Positions 1 through 14,047 of a DNA stretch of 64,000 nt are shown here, in pieces. This stretch comes from Gnetum montanum (taxonomy: Eukaryota; Plantae; Gnetophyta). Made by a program: the position numbers and the translations under genes. A model generated the notes under the pieces. The model ran no database searches. It saw nothing but the letters and a program-made list of their open reading frames with translations, and had not been told where the DNA came from. The stretch is taken from positions 1,384 through 65,383 of the forward strand of contig MNCI01000529.1 in NCBI GenBank assembly GCA_015680685.1, read 5' to 3'. Position 1 is the first letter of the stretch. The number at the start of each line of letters is the position of its first letter.

Positions 1-661
1 CCTTTTTCCTTCTCGACCCTTGAAGCCTTTTTATAGGGTTCCAAGGTAGGTAGGGAAGTTACATATTTAAAAATATCTTACCTATCTTCTCTCACAAGTA
101 ACTTAGCCAACCAATAGGAGATTACTTACTAAATATCCTAGCTAACTTTACTCCCAAGTAATTGAGCTATCCAATTATAAAATTACTTGCCCAACAAGCT
201 AGGAGATTTTTTATCCAACAAGTTAGGTAAGTTACAACAATTTTGGATGGTTGCAACCACCAAAGAGATAAAAAAGGCTAAAATTTAGTTACAAATATTA
301 TCGTTATAAATTAAAGGGATAATAGCCATATGTTCCTTTCATAAGATATTGTATGAATATCTCATAATTGTTTTGTTGTTTTTCTTTTTAAATCATAAAA
401 AATATTTTATTTCATGTAGTGATGGGGTAATAACCATGAATTTGATATATGGGCTGATATGTATAATGCATAAGTGGAGATGTAATTCATATGTTAATTG
501 TAGCATTCCTAATGTGATCTAATTTAATTTTATCGAGAAATTACGTGTAAGTCTTGTTTATCTAAATATTTGATTAAAGATTAGAACTTAAGCTAGCCTA
601 ATTTAATTTAAATTCCTAAATGTCCCTAAGCTATAATGATTTTATAAAAATCTAATTTAAT
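1..661 (-). mobile_element. Probable partial 3' LTR (U3 side) of a minus-strand LTR element
   Basis: TCTTCCCCCC at 661-670 reads as a polypurine tract (GGGGGGAAGA) on the minus strand; TATA-like CTATAAAAAAGG on minus near 25-36. The other end lies outside the window. Confidence 0.35.
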
Positions 662-679
662 CTTCCCCCCTTTGGAAGT

Positions 680-1990
680 AGCGGTGGTTAACTTTATACA
701 CTTCAAAATTCGGAATACCAGAAATACGAGCCCGAAGGCGAAGCCATCGATCCTGCAACCGATTTCTTGATTGAAGACATTCCAGCAACTGCCTCCACGG
801 GAGAATACCCTGCCGCCGGATTAGGAAACGTCACCGTGTGTTCCGTCTGGATCAGCAACTGTCATAACCTCTGGAAAATGCCTGCAATTTTGATATCAAG
901 GTTCGAAGATTTTGGTTCTGCACTTTCGGTTATCCTCCGGTCGCGGTGGCCTGCGCTCAAATCGGCGAGCAAAAGGCAACGATTTCAAAGGCCAGATTGT
1001 TTTGATGCCCGCGGCAGATGCAACAAAATCAGCAGCAACAATGGTGGTCTTGAATGGTTCTCGGTGTTAAGGGTTTCGGGTCTCTGCACAGCGCCTGTTT
1101 TAAATTTCCGTCAGTTGAAGCCATGAAACTGTTGGACAATCGGCAATACTGCAGGGATAGGGCTTTCAGCTTTTGATATTTTTTTGATTCAAAATATATC
1201 CGTGATTGCACGCATTTGGCTTCTTTCTTTCGGTGCTGAGCTGAGTAAAATTTTTGTGTTTGGGGCAAACTGCTCATTTTTCCTTTCTGCAAATGTATGT
1301 GCAGATGCCGTTTTAGTTGCCCCTTTTTGCTTGAGTACGCCAATCCTCCGCTGTCTCCGTTTCCTTCATGTGCGCTTGCCTTCGGATCTGATTCTTGTGT
1401 CGAATTTTTCACATTATTCAAGTTTGAAGATTTGTTCGTTCCTGCTCCAGCGGTGGCCATTATTTTTCCTGTTTTCCTTAATCGCGTTTTTCTTGCCTCC
1501 TCCATGTGCAGGGCTTTTTTTTTTATTACGACGGCCAATCCAATTCTTTGAACCTGACCCTTTGTTAATCCGATTTTGAATAATCTGATAATGCATTTTC
1601 AACATTAACAGGGAGTATATCCTTTAACAGCAAAGAATCCCATCCTTAGTCTTTCTATTTTAATTCCATATAACTTAACAACCAAACACTTCAACATATT
1701 TGCTTGCTTCCTGTCAACTCACCATATTAAACTTCAATTTTATGCCCAAGAATTATGCTATCTTTGAAAAAAATATTCCAACTGTTCCATGTAATGGCTA
1801 AATGTGCCAACAGATTGATGATTACAAGCTTTCCACTATCTAAAAATACATATTCCAAACATGCCAATAAAAATTCTAGCTCCAAGGGAACTTGTTTAGA
1901 AGTATTAGGGATTCCAACTCTTCCCAATCCATTTCTAAATTTTATCTGTATTCTACATTGAAGATTTGGATTAGGATTTATTCCATCTTA
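680..1990 (-). mobile_element. Possible L1-type LINE ORF1 remnant (degenerate zinc-knuckle region plus low-complexity tail)
   Basis: Minus frame near 1790-1975 reads PNLQCRIQINLE...ICWHI, resembling the plant LINE ORF1 region before the CCHC knuckle; followed by low-complexity ORF 1029-1538. Confidence 0.3.
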
Positions 1991-1999
1991 TCCATCTTT

Positions 2000-4330
2000 T
2001 CTATATAGGCACTTATGAGGATTTCTATTAGTTCCATGCATATTGTGGAACTGAAGCTATCTATAGTTAGCCACTAGCTACCTTCTTGTTTTATGGCTAC
2101 TACTATGCATAAGCATCTTTTAATGCTTGTGATTTTGGCATACTTATTACATGATATAATAGATGTGATCCTTACTACTCATAGTTTTTGCATGCAATGG
2201 TACCCTATGTCACTTCATGTAATGCTTGGAACCCTTTTCTTCTCAATCTTACCAAATTATTTTCCTTCGAAATTTCCAAGGAAAATTCTTTGATCCCTAA
2301 GTTTGCATCAATTATACTTAGCTAAGCCTTTCCAATAGTGATTAGAAAGTCCCTTCTGTAGTTATCTACATGGATAACTAAGAAGTCCATTTGATATGAT
2401 TATCCATAAACATTGGTCACAATATCCTCTACCAATTCCAATGGAATAGTGATGGATTGGCCAATATGATTTAACTTGATATTACATTTCTTAAGTGAAG
2501 GTAGTTTCCATGTTTTGTACATTTATTGAGAAATTAAGTTCACATAGTAACCTACATTTAATAGAGTTTTTCATATATCATTTCTTGTAATATGTAAATA
2601 AATTAGAAGCATTCTGAGATCACTTATTTTTCTAGAAAGATGTCATATCTTTACCTAGCCTATAACCACATGGGTTAACATGATATTATGAATATTTTAT
2701 GATCTTTGGTTTAAATGCAGCTTGGTAGATATTCCTAGGGCATTTTGAGAAAGATTCACTTCCACAAATGCTTGCAATGGTTTAGGTACACTGTTGGACC
2801 TAAAAAAGATCTTTTTAAGGCTTACACTTAGATCCACTTGAGTTGTCATCTAGTTGCAAATTTATGGTCTACATGACATTGCATTGTTAAAGTTGCAATG
2901 GTATCTTGCCTTACATAAGTGGTGTAGTCACAAAGGAGTGGATATATGAGGTTCATAGTATTGCTATGGATATTAAGTGTCAACAAAAGCATGTTCAGTT
3001 CATGGAGTGGTAAGTAAAAGATATTTGAGGGGATAATAATCATGAGAAGAAGAAATGTAGCTTGTAGGACCACATGGAGACATATGTTGCTAAACATAAT
3101 ATTTGTAGGGATTAGGTTGGTAGTAAGGATACTTCTAATTTGTTAGTGGCATCCCCCATGACTACAAATTTTTTTGTTGGTGATAATAGTCTTGAGGTTA
3201 AGGTAGCATTTCACTTAGATAATATTATTTCTAGGGGAACTATTAATGACAGTTTCCTTATGGATAAAGTAATTTCTTGTGTGGTTACCTCCTACAAGCT
3301 TTAGGTTCAAGGCATAGACTAAAAATTCATGCAATTGTGATAGTTTTGTGAAACACCCCTTGGGATGTTCGTATTGGTAGACATCATATCCTTTATTACT
3401 TATATTAGAACCTGCAATGTACTCAACTACTATAGCCTTATCTTTCTATTGATGATAGCCCTTTACTACATCCTTTCTCCTTCTTCCATCCTTTTTCCTA
3501 TTTTCCTAGTCTATTTTCTTCTTCACATTTTTAAGAGTAATTTGAAAATTCTCATCTAAAAAGTACCACATGTTATGCACCTTAGCCTATATTTTTATGA
3601 TATAATTTAAAATTAGCAAGATTTTTATTTGCATAACCTCCTATAGTAGTGCTTCCTCCTCAAGATCATAGAGGTGTACCTCCTTTTTATAGATGGAGGT
3701 ATCTCTATTATACTTCTTTATACTTTCTCTCTTTTTCATCTCCCTCTTCTTCTTTTTCAATTTAATCAATGAGACTTTAAATTCAATGGACTCTCATTTT
3801 TGATAATCTTACTTAGGCATTAATCCCAAGAGTCTCTCTAGTTTTATTTCTAATTCTATCTATCACATGGTAAAGCTACTTATTTTAAGATAAACCATGC
3901 CCTGGGCATCATTGTGACAAATAATAGTACCTTCCCAAGGCTACATTAAGGGATCCATGATTATTTTGTTTCCATTGTTGAATCTCTTTTCTTAAGTTAA
4001 AAACCTTGGAGTTTGTTTGATATTTGTCATTGAACAGCTTCAACATCATACTCCATCTATGGATAGATTCTATTTCCAACAACTAGTATTAACTTTCAAC
4101 TTCTTTCATTAGTGTCCTAAAGAATAATTTTAGTTTTTTCTAGTCATTCTCAATTTTTTTCAAGCTATAAGCATCATGGAAGGCTTTCAAGTGACATTGC
4201 GAATCAGTATTATAACCTCTATCAAACTTAGGAATGTTGTTCATATCAAGAGAGTTGATTTGGCTATCCCTCTAATGCCTAGTGAGAATATGAACTAGTT
4301 TATTCAAGCTTATGTTTATAATGAAAATTC
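2000..4330 (-). mobile_element. Degraded Athila-like Gypsy gag-protease region
   Basis: Minus frames give NIPKFD..CHLKAFHDA (about 4240-4170), LKLFNDKYQTNSKVFNLRKEIQQWKQ..CPGHG (about 4045-3895) and ITIPLELVEDIVTNVYG (about 2455-2400), homologous to the ORFs at 37484-37867 and 35968-36336. Confidence 0.75.
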
Positions 4331-6728
4331 ATTGGCTTAAAGGTAGCATTAGTTTGCTTACCATGTTAGCATGTAGAACATACCTCTTCAAAATGACTTA
4401 CCTAAAGAATTTCTTGCACCCTTTGAGCCTTGATGAGAGTTTGTATGTTTCATGAGCTTAAGTATCCTAGTCTTTTGTACCATAGCATACTACTCCTTAT
4501 TTCAAAAATAAGAGTTAGACATTAAGGTTGCTTATTTATAGAATATAATTTATTTCCTACTTAAGTAACATAAGCTTTAAAATCCTTTTCTTTATTCTCT
4601 AATATAAATTTCTCATTCATAAAACAAATATTATAACCTTATCTTGAAAATTTTCCTAAGCATAACAAATTTTAATGTAATACATCAACAAAAATAAACA
4701 TTATGAACTTCAAGAAAATTATTATGAATATTAACTAAGAAAATGCCTCTTACCATAGCTTTACTTTTGTCACTGAAGCTTACTTTTTCTCCACAAAAAT
4801 GTTTTAGTATCATAAACTTTGATTTATCACTGGTCATATGTTGAGAGTAATCACTATTAAGAAACCATATCTTTAGGCTATAGGAGCTCTTTAAGGATAA
4901 CTTTACGAGGATATTTCTTCTATTGATTGGTCTCCAAAAATTATTGGTCTATTCTATTATTTCTTGAAAAGTGCTTAGTAGCATGCGAATAATGCATATT
5001 TTCATAACAAGAAAAGTTACTAGTTCTACAATTTCTTTCTTTATGACCTAGCATTCCATAATTAAAATAATATCCTTGGAAGAAATTAGTTTTCATTCTT
5101 AGGTCATGCCTAATGATTGGAATTCTTTGAGTATGAATAATTTCCTTACCTATTTGTCAACTAATGGTTTGAGATTATGGAGTCTATGTTTGGATTGTTA
5201 TATTCTATGTTAATTCTTTTATTGAAGATGGTCTTTTTAAAGGTCTAGACTCATAGCCAAAACCACTATTGTCATCCCATGATCATTAGCTATTGACAAT
5301 ATTCTTGAGCTATTCCAAGCCATAAGTAAACTTGCTAACTAAATCAAATGTGACATGAGTAGCATTACCTTTCATTTAATTCTTTAGTAGTAGCACCTTT
5401 TCTTTTAGATTTAAATTTTATTATTTAGGTGATTCAAGCTTCATCTTATAACTCTTGATTTCTTACTTGCTTCCTTTTAAAAGCTTATTTAACTTTTCAT
5501 TAAATTTGGCCACAATCTCTAATTGCTTCATTAGCCATTCTATATCAATGTCCTCAATTTCTTCATATTCAATTTTAGCTATGTCTAATGAGTTTGGTCC
5601 ATCTTCATCTTCGCTTAGACATACCCTCTCAGTAGTAGTAGAAGTTTCCTACTTATTTGGATTAGTATACATAAGGTTTTAAAAATTATCATCTAAATCA
5701 TAATCTTCAATCGTGGCTAGAAATGAAAGTACATCTTGTGTAATAATATCAATATTATTAGTTATTATATTGGCATAAAGAATGAGCAAAAGAAATTTCT
5801 TCAACTTCCTCAATTTTTGTGCTAATTTCTAATTTCTAATTTGGTTTCGTATTTTAGCTAATTGATCTTTTAATTTATCAAACATGTATCGAGTGTTCTT
5901 TGGGTTTAACTTGATCATCTGATTTTTTTTTTTAATTTTCCTCATCTTTCTTCTTTTTTGAATACTTGGCAATCATATGACTTGTTTTACTATTATAATA
6001 AGAGTAAAAGGATTTTTTTAGCTTCTTACCAACCTTTATCATTTTTTAGCTTCATCTTTGAAGGGAATTTTCTTCTTTTTACTAGAAACACTATCTCATT
6101 CTTTCCTAATTTCAAAGGCTAAAAAAATACTTATAGTTTGGCTACTACTAATTTAAAGAGATCTTTTGCTACTTCTATGGATGAGACCTTTGCTTTAAAT
6201 CTACTAAGTAAAAGGGAAAAAAAATTTAGTAGATTACATCATCAAACTATTCTTCACCAAGCATAGATATTTCTCTAATAACATTAACTATTTGGTTGAA
6301 GAAATTGTTGATATTTTCATTCCTTTTCATCCTCAATGCATTAAAACATACTATTTAAATTATTATTGTATACTTCTTTACTTTATCATCTCCTACATAA
6401 ATAGCTTGAAGATGCTCCCACATAACTTTGGCTAAGTGAAGGTTCATAATCTTCATACATACTACTCTGTCCAAGTTGTAGACCAAACCATTCATAGCTT
6501 AAGAATCATGCATAGCATTCTTAGTTCCTCTACTAAGTGCCTTTTAAACATCATCATCATGTCCTAGAATACATGTGTTCATACTGAACTTTCATACAGG
6601 ATAATTTGAGCTATCAAATCATGGAGCTTTGTTAGATGAGAAGGTTTGATTCTATGCCACAACTATGATAATGAAATAGTATAACACAGATTATTAAGTC
6701 GAAAGATATTGACTAAGCTTTGATATCA
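4330..6728 (-). mobile_element. Truncated Ty1/Copia (SIRE/Maximus-like) internal region: PBS-Met, gag, protease
   Basis: Decayed PBS TGATATCAAAGC (6717-6728; consensus TGGTATCAGAGC); protease motif WFLNSDYSQHMTSDKSKF near 4870-4815; many stop codons. Confidence 0.75.
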
Positions 6729-6730
6729 AT

Positions 6731-8675
6731 TGTTATTTACTAGATGTAGCTAAAGGCACTAAGATGAAAGAGTGAATTAGGGTCTTATAAAAATTTGAGC
6801 TAAACAAAGACTAAAATAAAGATCAGTAAAAATCCCTAAAGAAACTTAATGTAGAAAATTGTAAATAGACACCAAGACTTTAAGGTGGTTTAGCTATTAG
6901 ATTAGTCAACCTACCTCTACAATAAAATTCTCCAAATATCCTAAGGGGTAGAATAATCTATTAATCAAAGAAAATTACAAGGCGTTCTTTACAATCCTGG
7001 ACTAAGCACAACTAGTAGGCTTGAATTCACAAAAATTTACTTTCATAAAATAGAGAAAGGAAAATACTCTACTTTATTTGAACACAAAAACTCAAGGGTT
7101 ATCAAGCTTTCTGCAAAAAGAGAATAGAGCTTCTATAGAAAGAAATATTAAGAAGTGAAGAAGCACAAAAGACAAAATTTTAGTTAAAGCACAAGGCCAA
7201 ATACTAAAGTACTAGAGTTTAGCTAGATAACATCAATTTATAGTCATAATTGTTTCTAGCTATTTTCAAAATTGTTTATTAAGCCATTACTAAGATGCTG
7301 GAGAAGCTTGAGAAGCAGTAAGCTATAACCATTACCAATATGTTGGAAGATTAATTAAAGAAGAAGAATTTATACCTGTTACATCTTAGCCTTCATTACT
7401 ACATTTTGTGCTTGCATGAAAGGCTTAGCAAGAAATAAAGAAAAGTATCATTTCAATTTTGATGCTAATGGTTCTTTTACTTCCCACAAAAATAATAAGT
7501 TCTACTTAAATAACAACTCTTTAAGATATAACTAATAACTCCTATCTTTTGAATTATGAGGTTTAGCTTGTTCTTGTAGTAGTATAGACTCTAGAATTAC
7601 ATATAATAAATCCTTTCAATCTAAGCTTATAATGCCTCTTTTATTTTTGCTAATGTACATAATTTTTCTTAGTGGAGCTCGTATGGAATTAAAATCTAGT
7701 TCTAAATTGGTTCTAGCTTTAAGAGAGCTATTAATGCCAACCTATATTCTTTGGTATGAGCTTTCCTTCTACTTAGGTTGACATAATAATGAGAAGATAT
7801 GAAGCTTTTGATTCTTACAACTTTTCTACCTCTTTTTAAAGGAAGTGTTCTTGTGCATGTGATACAAAAGCTTATGTAGCATAACTATTTTAGAAGATCT
7901 CAGTAGAACCAAAAACTAGTTCTAAAGATTGGTTCTATAAGTTAATGTGGCTTGGCGCCTAGTAGAACTAAAAATTAGTTCTAAATATTTTCTGAAAAGA
8001 AATGAGCTTTTCATCTAAGCTTGCATGTATGAAAGAAGAGAAGAAATTTTTTTTGATGTGATAGAGTTATTTGAAGGAGCCCTTCAAAGAACCAAAAATG
8101 ATTCTACAATGTAGTTCTATTTAGCACTTTATTTTTGAGCTAACATGGAAAAGCTATTTTTTGTTTCTTTGTAGAACTAAAATATGATTCTATGAGTTGG
8201 TTCTACAAGCTAAGGTAGATGAAAAATTCTTTTATGCATATGCTCTAAAATAGTTTAAGCTTAGTCCCACTGAGTTTCATCAATAAAAAAGAAAGTTGAC
8301 ATGGTAGAATGAATGTGATTTATCTTTGTGAGCCAAAATGAAGAGCTAAGAAATTTTAAATAAAATTCTTAAGCACACTTAATACTACGCTAGTAGAATT
8401 AGTTTGGACAAGCTAAGTAGAACTAAAAATGGTTCTATAAACTAGTTCTACATGTTGATGTGACAAAAAAACACTTCCTTGTAAAAGAGAAGATGAAAGC
8501 TTAAATATATGAGAAACAAAAGCTCTACTGTAAAGCCAAATCCACAACCAAGCTTCAAACATGCAACAGTTCATGCCAAAGAAAAATAAAGCTCATAGGT
8601 AAATTTCATACTACGAGAGCCATGGGCTAAGACCCCAAGTAGTGGATACTAAAACTATAGTAACAAATCTCAACA
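6731..8675 (-). mobile_element. Copia (SIRE-like) LTR between two internal regions
   Basis: TGTT...AACA termini, adjacent to the PBS at 6717-6728; left end homologous to 14048 onward (AGCTAAAGGCACTAAG block). Right boundary approximate. Confidence 0.6.
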
Positions 8676-8699
8676 AGAAAGAAACGTTCCTTGACACAT

Positions 8700-11600
8700 G
8701 TGAAATGGAGGAACTAAATATCATCTCATTTCTTAAGTATGTAAACCTACCTTTTCTTAAAGCTTTTGTAAAAATATCAACTCTTTACTCTTTCATTTAC
8801 ATATAAGATAGCTTTAAGATTTGCAATTCTACTTGATTGCAAAGAAAATGATATTTTATTTCAATGTTTTTAATTTTTCCATGAAAAGAGGCTTTTTGAA
8901 ATGAAAATAATATTATTTTTGTTGTAATGAATGATAATAGGATTAGTAAATATGATACAAAAGTGCTTTAGAATTTTGTGCATCAACAACATTTACGTGT
9001 ATTAGTGAGAAGTAGCTACATATTTAGCTTTAGTTGATGATAGTGCAATTAAGCTTTGCTTTTTACTTAATCATGATACTAAGTTGTTCCATAGAAAGTG
9101 ACAATTTTCCCATGCTAATTTTTTATCATATTTGTTACCATCCTAATTAGCATTTATGAAATTTTTTTTGTAAAATTTTTTGCTTCTTGGATATGACAAA
9201 TCATAATTTTCTATGTTCTTCAAAATAGCATAATATTCTTTTGGCTACTACCAAATGCAATTCTTGTGAATTTTCATAAAATCAATAAATTAAGCCTACT
9301 AAATAAGCTATATCTAGTGCGATTGTTATTGCATATGGAACACTTCTAACAAGTGGTCAATATAGAGTAGCTTCAACATTTGTTTCTTTCTAATCTCTAC
9401 ATAGGTGTGTATTTGTATTCAAGGGAGTAGCATAAGTTAAGCATTTTCTATACGTGTTTTTGTTGGTAAATAAAGGTACCTTTTTAAAGTTGATCAATAT
9501 GTAAGCCTATAAAGTGAGATAACTCTTCCATCATAGATAGCTCAAATTTTGATTCCATCGCATCAATAAATTTTTAACATAATCCTAAACTTGTTGCTGA
9601 AAATATTATGTCATCAACATAAATCTAAGCTATTTAGAAACTTGTGTCATCCTTTTTCACATAGAGGGTACTACATAAAAGAGCTTGCATACACCTATTA
9701 TCTACTAAATAGAAATTGTGCTTAACACACCACATCCTAGGGAACTATTTCAAGCCATATAGAGCTTTATGTAGTTTATATATATGATTTGGCTTTATGG
9801 TAGAAAGATTCCCTTCTAGTTGCTCTATTTAAACTACCTCTTTGATTTCATTATTTGGAAATGTTGATTTCCAATCCTTCTAATAGAGCTTAAATCCCTA
9901 ATACACTATATATACTAAAAGCATTTTGATGGATTCTAGTTGTGCAACTCGAGAAAAAGTACCTTCATAGTCAAGTCCTTCAATCTAAACAAAGTTTTTT
10001 TGTACTAAATTCATTTTGTTCTTGATGAATTCACCATGCTCATTTAACAATTTTTAAATACTTACTTAATTCCATTAATATTATCTTCTTTTAGCAATAA
10101 GACTAGCTCCCAAGTATTATTTGTAAAAATTTGTTTAATCTTTTCATCCATAGCTCCTCATTAATCTTTACTTTTAAAATTTTCTCTCACTATTAAGAAA
10201 ATGAAAAAGGCAAGGAAACATACCAATAAACCATGGTCCATAGTTTCAACTCTTCTATTTTTAGTTCTTTAATTATGAGGATTTTTAGAATATCCAACAT
10301 AGAGTTAAATGTCTATGTTCTTCTCCTTGGATCATCATCAAGAGAAATCTCTTATTCTATTTCTTCTTTGTTAGTAAAAATTGGCTACATCTCTTCAATT
10401 TTACTAGCATGTGTAGGTTCTAAAATGCCATCGCTATTTTCTTGATAATTTGCATTCATACCTTTCTCAACCTCATTGTTAGTTTCTTTTGATANCATTT
10501 TTTCAACACATTCTTTTTCTCTATCACACCATTTTTAATATGATTTTGTTCTTTTTCTCTATCACACTATTTTGTTCTAGTATCTTAGCTAATGATAACT
10601 ATATTTTAATATGTACATCCGTACATAGCTCCTAAAGCTCATTTGAGGTAAGCTTGTCTCCATTATTAGTCTTGATTACTTTGATGTTAAGCCTTCTTTC
10701 AATCTCAACCAAATTTTAAAAATGACTTAAAATGTTTAAATACATTAGACTTTTATCTATCTAAGTTAGCAAGATATTCTAGCATATTCATAAAAAATTA
10801 GAAAAAAAATATTTTCTACTATCCATACCAACTACATCAAAAGATCAACAAACATCCATATTCCATAATTCAACATTATCTTTTAAATAAAAAATTAATG
10901 ATTTAAATGTTTTTTTTATTTATTTTTCATGTTGGCAAGCAAGACATACCTCTTCCAGGTAACTTACCTAAGGGATGCCTCTTACATTTTGAGCCTATAT
11001 GAGAGCTTGGATATTACCTAACCTTAATTGTCCTAATCTTTTGTGGGATAACCTATTGCTACTTGTATTAGAGAAGAGTGTTAGAAATTGAGGCTATTCA
11101 TTTATAAAATATATATTATTTCCTTCTCTTATCACATAACCTTTAACATCTTTCTTTTTATTTTCAGGAATGCATATTTCATCCATAAAAGAAATATTAT
11201 AGCCTTTCTTTAAAAATTTCCCTAAGCTTAATAAGTTATAACATAAGATATCAATAAAATAAACATTATAAACTCTAAGAAAATCATTGTGAATTTTAAA
11301 AAAGCTCATTCCTCTTACCTCTAGTTATGTTTATTATCAAAGCTTATCTTACCTTCATTAAAAGTTTTAAGTATGATAAATTTTGACTTATCGCCAATCA
11401 TGTGTTAAGAATAGCTACTATTAAGAAGCAATGTCTCTAAATAACATGTGTTTTTTAAAGCTAATTGAACAAAGAGATCTCTTCTATTGATTAGTCTCTT
11501 AACATGTTGCCCTATTCTTACTTTTCCTAGAAAAAGATTAGCAACATATGATTTAATCATATTTATCTATTAAGAAATTATATGAGTTTTACAAATTCTT

Positions 11601-14045
11601 ACTTTATGACCAAAACCTCTACAATTAAAGCATTCTTGAAAGATGCTCTTAAATGATTTTGGGTCATACTTGGGACTTTTAATTCTTGGAGCAGAAAGAA
11701 TACCCTTACCTATGTATAAACCTAAAGAATTTGTACATGGAAGTTATGTTTATGACTTTGTAATTAGAGTTGATGCTTCTATTAAATGCTATTATGTTGA
11801 TGAACCAAACTCAAAGCTAATACCTTTCTTATCAGCTCTTAACTATCCATTATTAATGATGTTTTTGAGCTATTCTAAGCTATGTATAAACTTGGTAAAC
11901 TAATTAGATACAACTTAAGCATTCTTACATTTTTTGTTCTTCTTCAATAGTTGGATTTTCTCTTTAAGTTTTAAGTTCTCTTGTTTAGCTAATTCAAACT
12001 TTGTCTTATAGCTCTTGGATTCTTATTTATTTTTATTTAGCTCCTTATTTAATCTTCCATTAACTTTAACCATCATTTTCAATCATTCCAGCAATCCTTC
12101 CACATCAATATCATCATCTTTTTCATACTCAATCTTAACTATCTATTGAGCTTGGTTCAAATTCATCCTTGCTTGAATCTATAGTGTCAATAGTGCTAGG
12201 AGCTTGTTATTCACTAGGGATAGTTTACATAAAACTCTAAAAATAATCATTTGAATCATAATCTTGAATTATATTTGGTAATGAAAATAAATCTCTTGTA
12301 ACAATATCAAAATTAACAATTATAACGCTAACTTTAACAAAATGAGAAAAATAATTTTCCTCATCGTTTTTAGTTTTTTTTTTTTTTTGCTACTTTCAAA
12401 ATATATTAAATCACTGTGTTGTCATCATCATCGTAGCCTTGTCCCAAAAAAATGTCGTTAGCTTCATGAGTTCCTTTTTTCCACTTACCTCTTTAAAGAC
12501 CTAGATCTTTATTTACTTGTACTTTCTTCAAATCATCTTTAATCATGTTTCTCATATCTTTTTAGGTCTTCCTTTTGGTAGCTTTTTTGAAATAGCAACA
12601 TTTGCTTATAGGCTCATTGTTTGATCTTCTTTGCACATGTCAAAACCATCTAAGCCACCATTCTTATAACTTATTTGAAATAGAAGTTCCTCCAAGTCTT
12701 TCTCTAATGACTATTATGAAACTTATCTCTTATAGTAATGTTTAACATTCATTGAGGCCTTCACATTTTTATCACATGCCTCCTTTGTATTGCCCAACAT
12801 TTAACACCATATAAGATAGCAAGCGTAATTGTTGTCTTGTAAAATTTTTCTTTTAATTTTATTGGTTTTCTTTTATCACATAGAATAGTATTAGCTTGTA
12901 TCCATTTTGATTATCTTGCTTCAATTCTATTTTTATTATCTTTATTAATTTTACCATCTCATTAGAGGATTGATCCTCTGTATGGAAACTATTTGCAATG
13001 AGGGACCTTTTTTCATTGAATAATCACTTCTATTTCACAACTATTTATGTTGTCATTAAAATTGTATTCCATCTATTTTGCCTCACTTTGTATTTCAACT
13101 AAGTAATTTTTTAATTTTCCAAACCTATACCAAGTGTTTTTTGATCCAAAACTCAACTTTTCATTCTCCACATCTCTTTTTCTCTTTAGATAGTTTGTAA
13201 TCATATGACCTATTTTACCATAATAATAAGAAGAAAAAGATTTTTGTTAGCTTCTTACTAGCCTTCTTATTTTTGAGTCTCTTGAGTTTTCTGGTAGGAT
13301 TGGAAACTTTCTCATTAGAATGAAAGAGTTTGATATTAATGAATCATTTTCCTCATTATCATTTTCTACTTTAACCTTTAAAAAAATTAATTTCTTCTTT
13401 CTAGAAGTACTTGCTTCATCTTTCCTAACTTCAAAATCTAAAAGAATAGTATCAAGCTCTGTAACTATTGATTTATATAAATCTTTCACCTATTTCACAG
13501 ATGATACCTTTGACTCAAATGTTCTTAGAAGAATAGCCTAAATTTTCTAATAAATTACAACCTCAAATTGAGCTTTATCAAGCATGGTCATTTCACTCAT
13601 AACTTCAATTATTTTTTCTAGAGAAACCACTTATGTTTACATTCTCTTCTATCCTTTAGGCATTAAATTGAGCTCTTAGAGTTAGTAATTTTGATTTTTT
13701 TAACCTCATTTTCTCCTTTATAAATTAACTGAGGTGCTCCCACATTTCTTTGGTAGATTGAAAATGCATAATCTTTGTACACACTTCTCTATCTAAGCCA
13801 TATACTGACCCATTTATAGGTTGAGCATAATGAACTGAATTATTGGCTTGTTTGCTAATAATCATCCAAACTTCATCACCATGAGCTTAAAGATATGTTC
13901 TCATCTTGAACTTCCACAAAGAATAATTTGAACCATTAAGCTAAAGATATTTTTTAGAAAATAATCTTTGGTTCTATGCCAAGTCTAGGAGATAGATTCG
14001 AACACAAATTGTTAAGTTAGGAAGTATTGATGGACTCTAATACTA
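8700..14045 (-). mobile_element. Degraded Ty1/Copia (SIRE-like) internal region: gag, PR, partial INT, RT, RNase H
   Basis: Decayed PBS TAGTATTAGAGT (14034-14045); PR motif NSSYS*HMIGDKSKF near 11420; RT motifs LHKALYGLK (about 9775-9750) and IYVDDIIF (about 9625-9601); RNase H VDIFTKAL near 8780. Confidence 0.85.
12420..13080 (-). mobile_element. 5'-truncated RTE-clade LINE inserted in Copia gag
   Basis: Minus frame GKFYKT..ILYGVKCWA..LRWF*HVQRR (RTE RT C-terminus) ending in GGGACAAGGC plus a (GAT)n tail. Confidence 0.8.
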
Positions 14046-14047
14046 AT

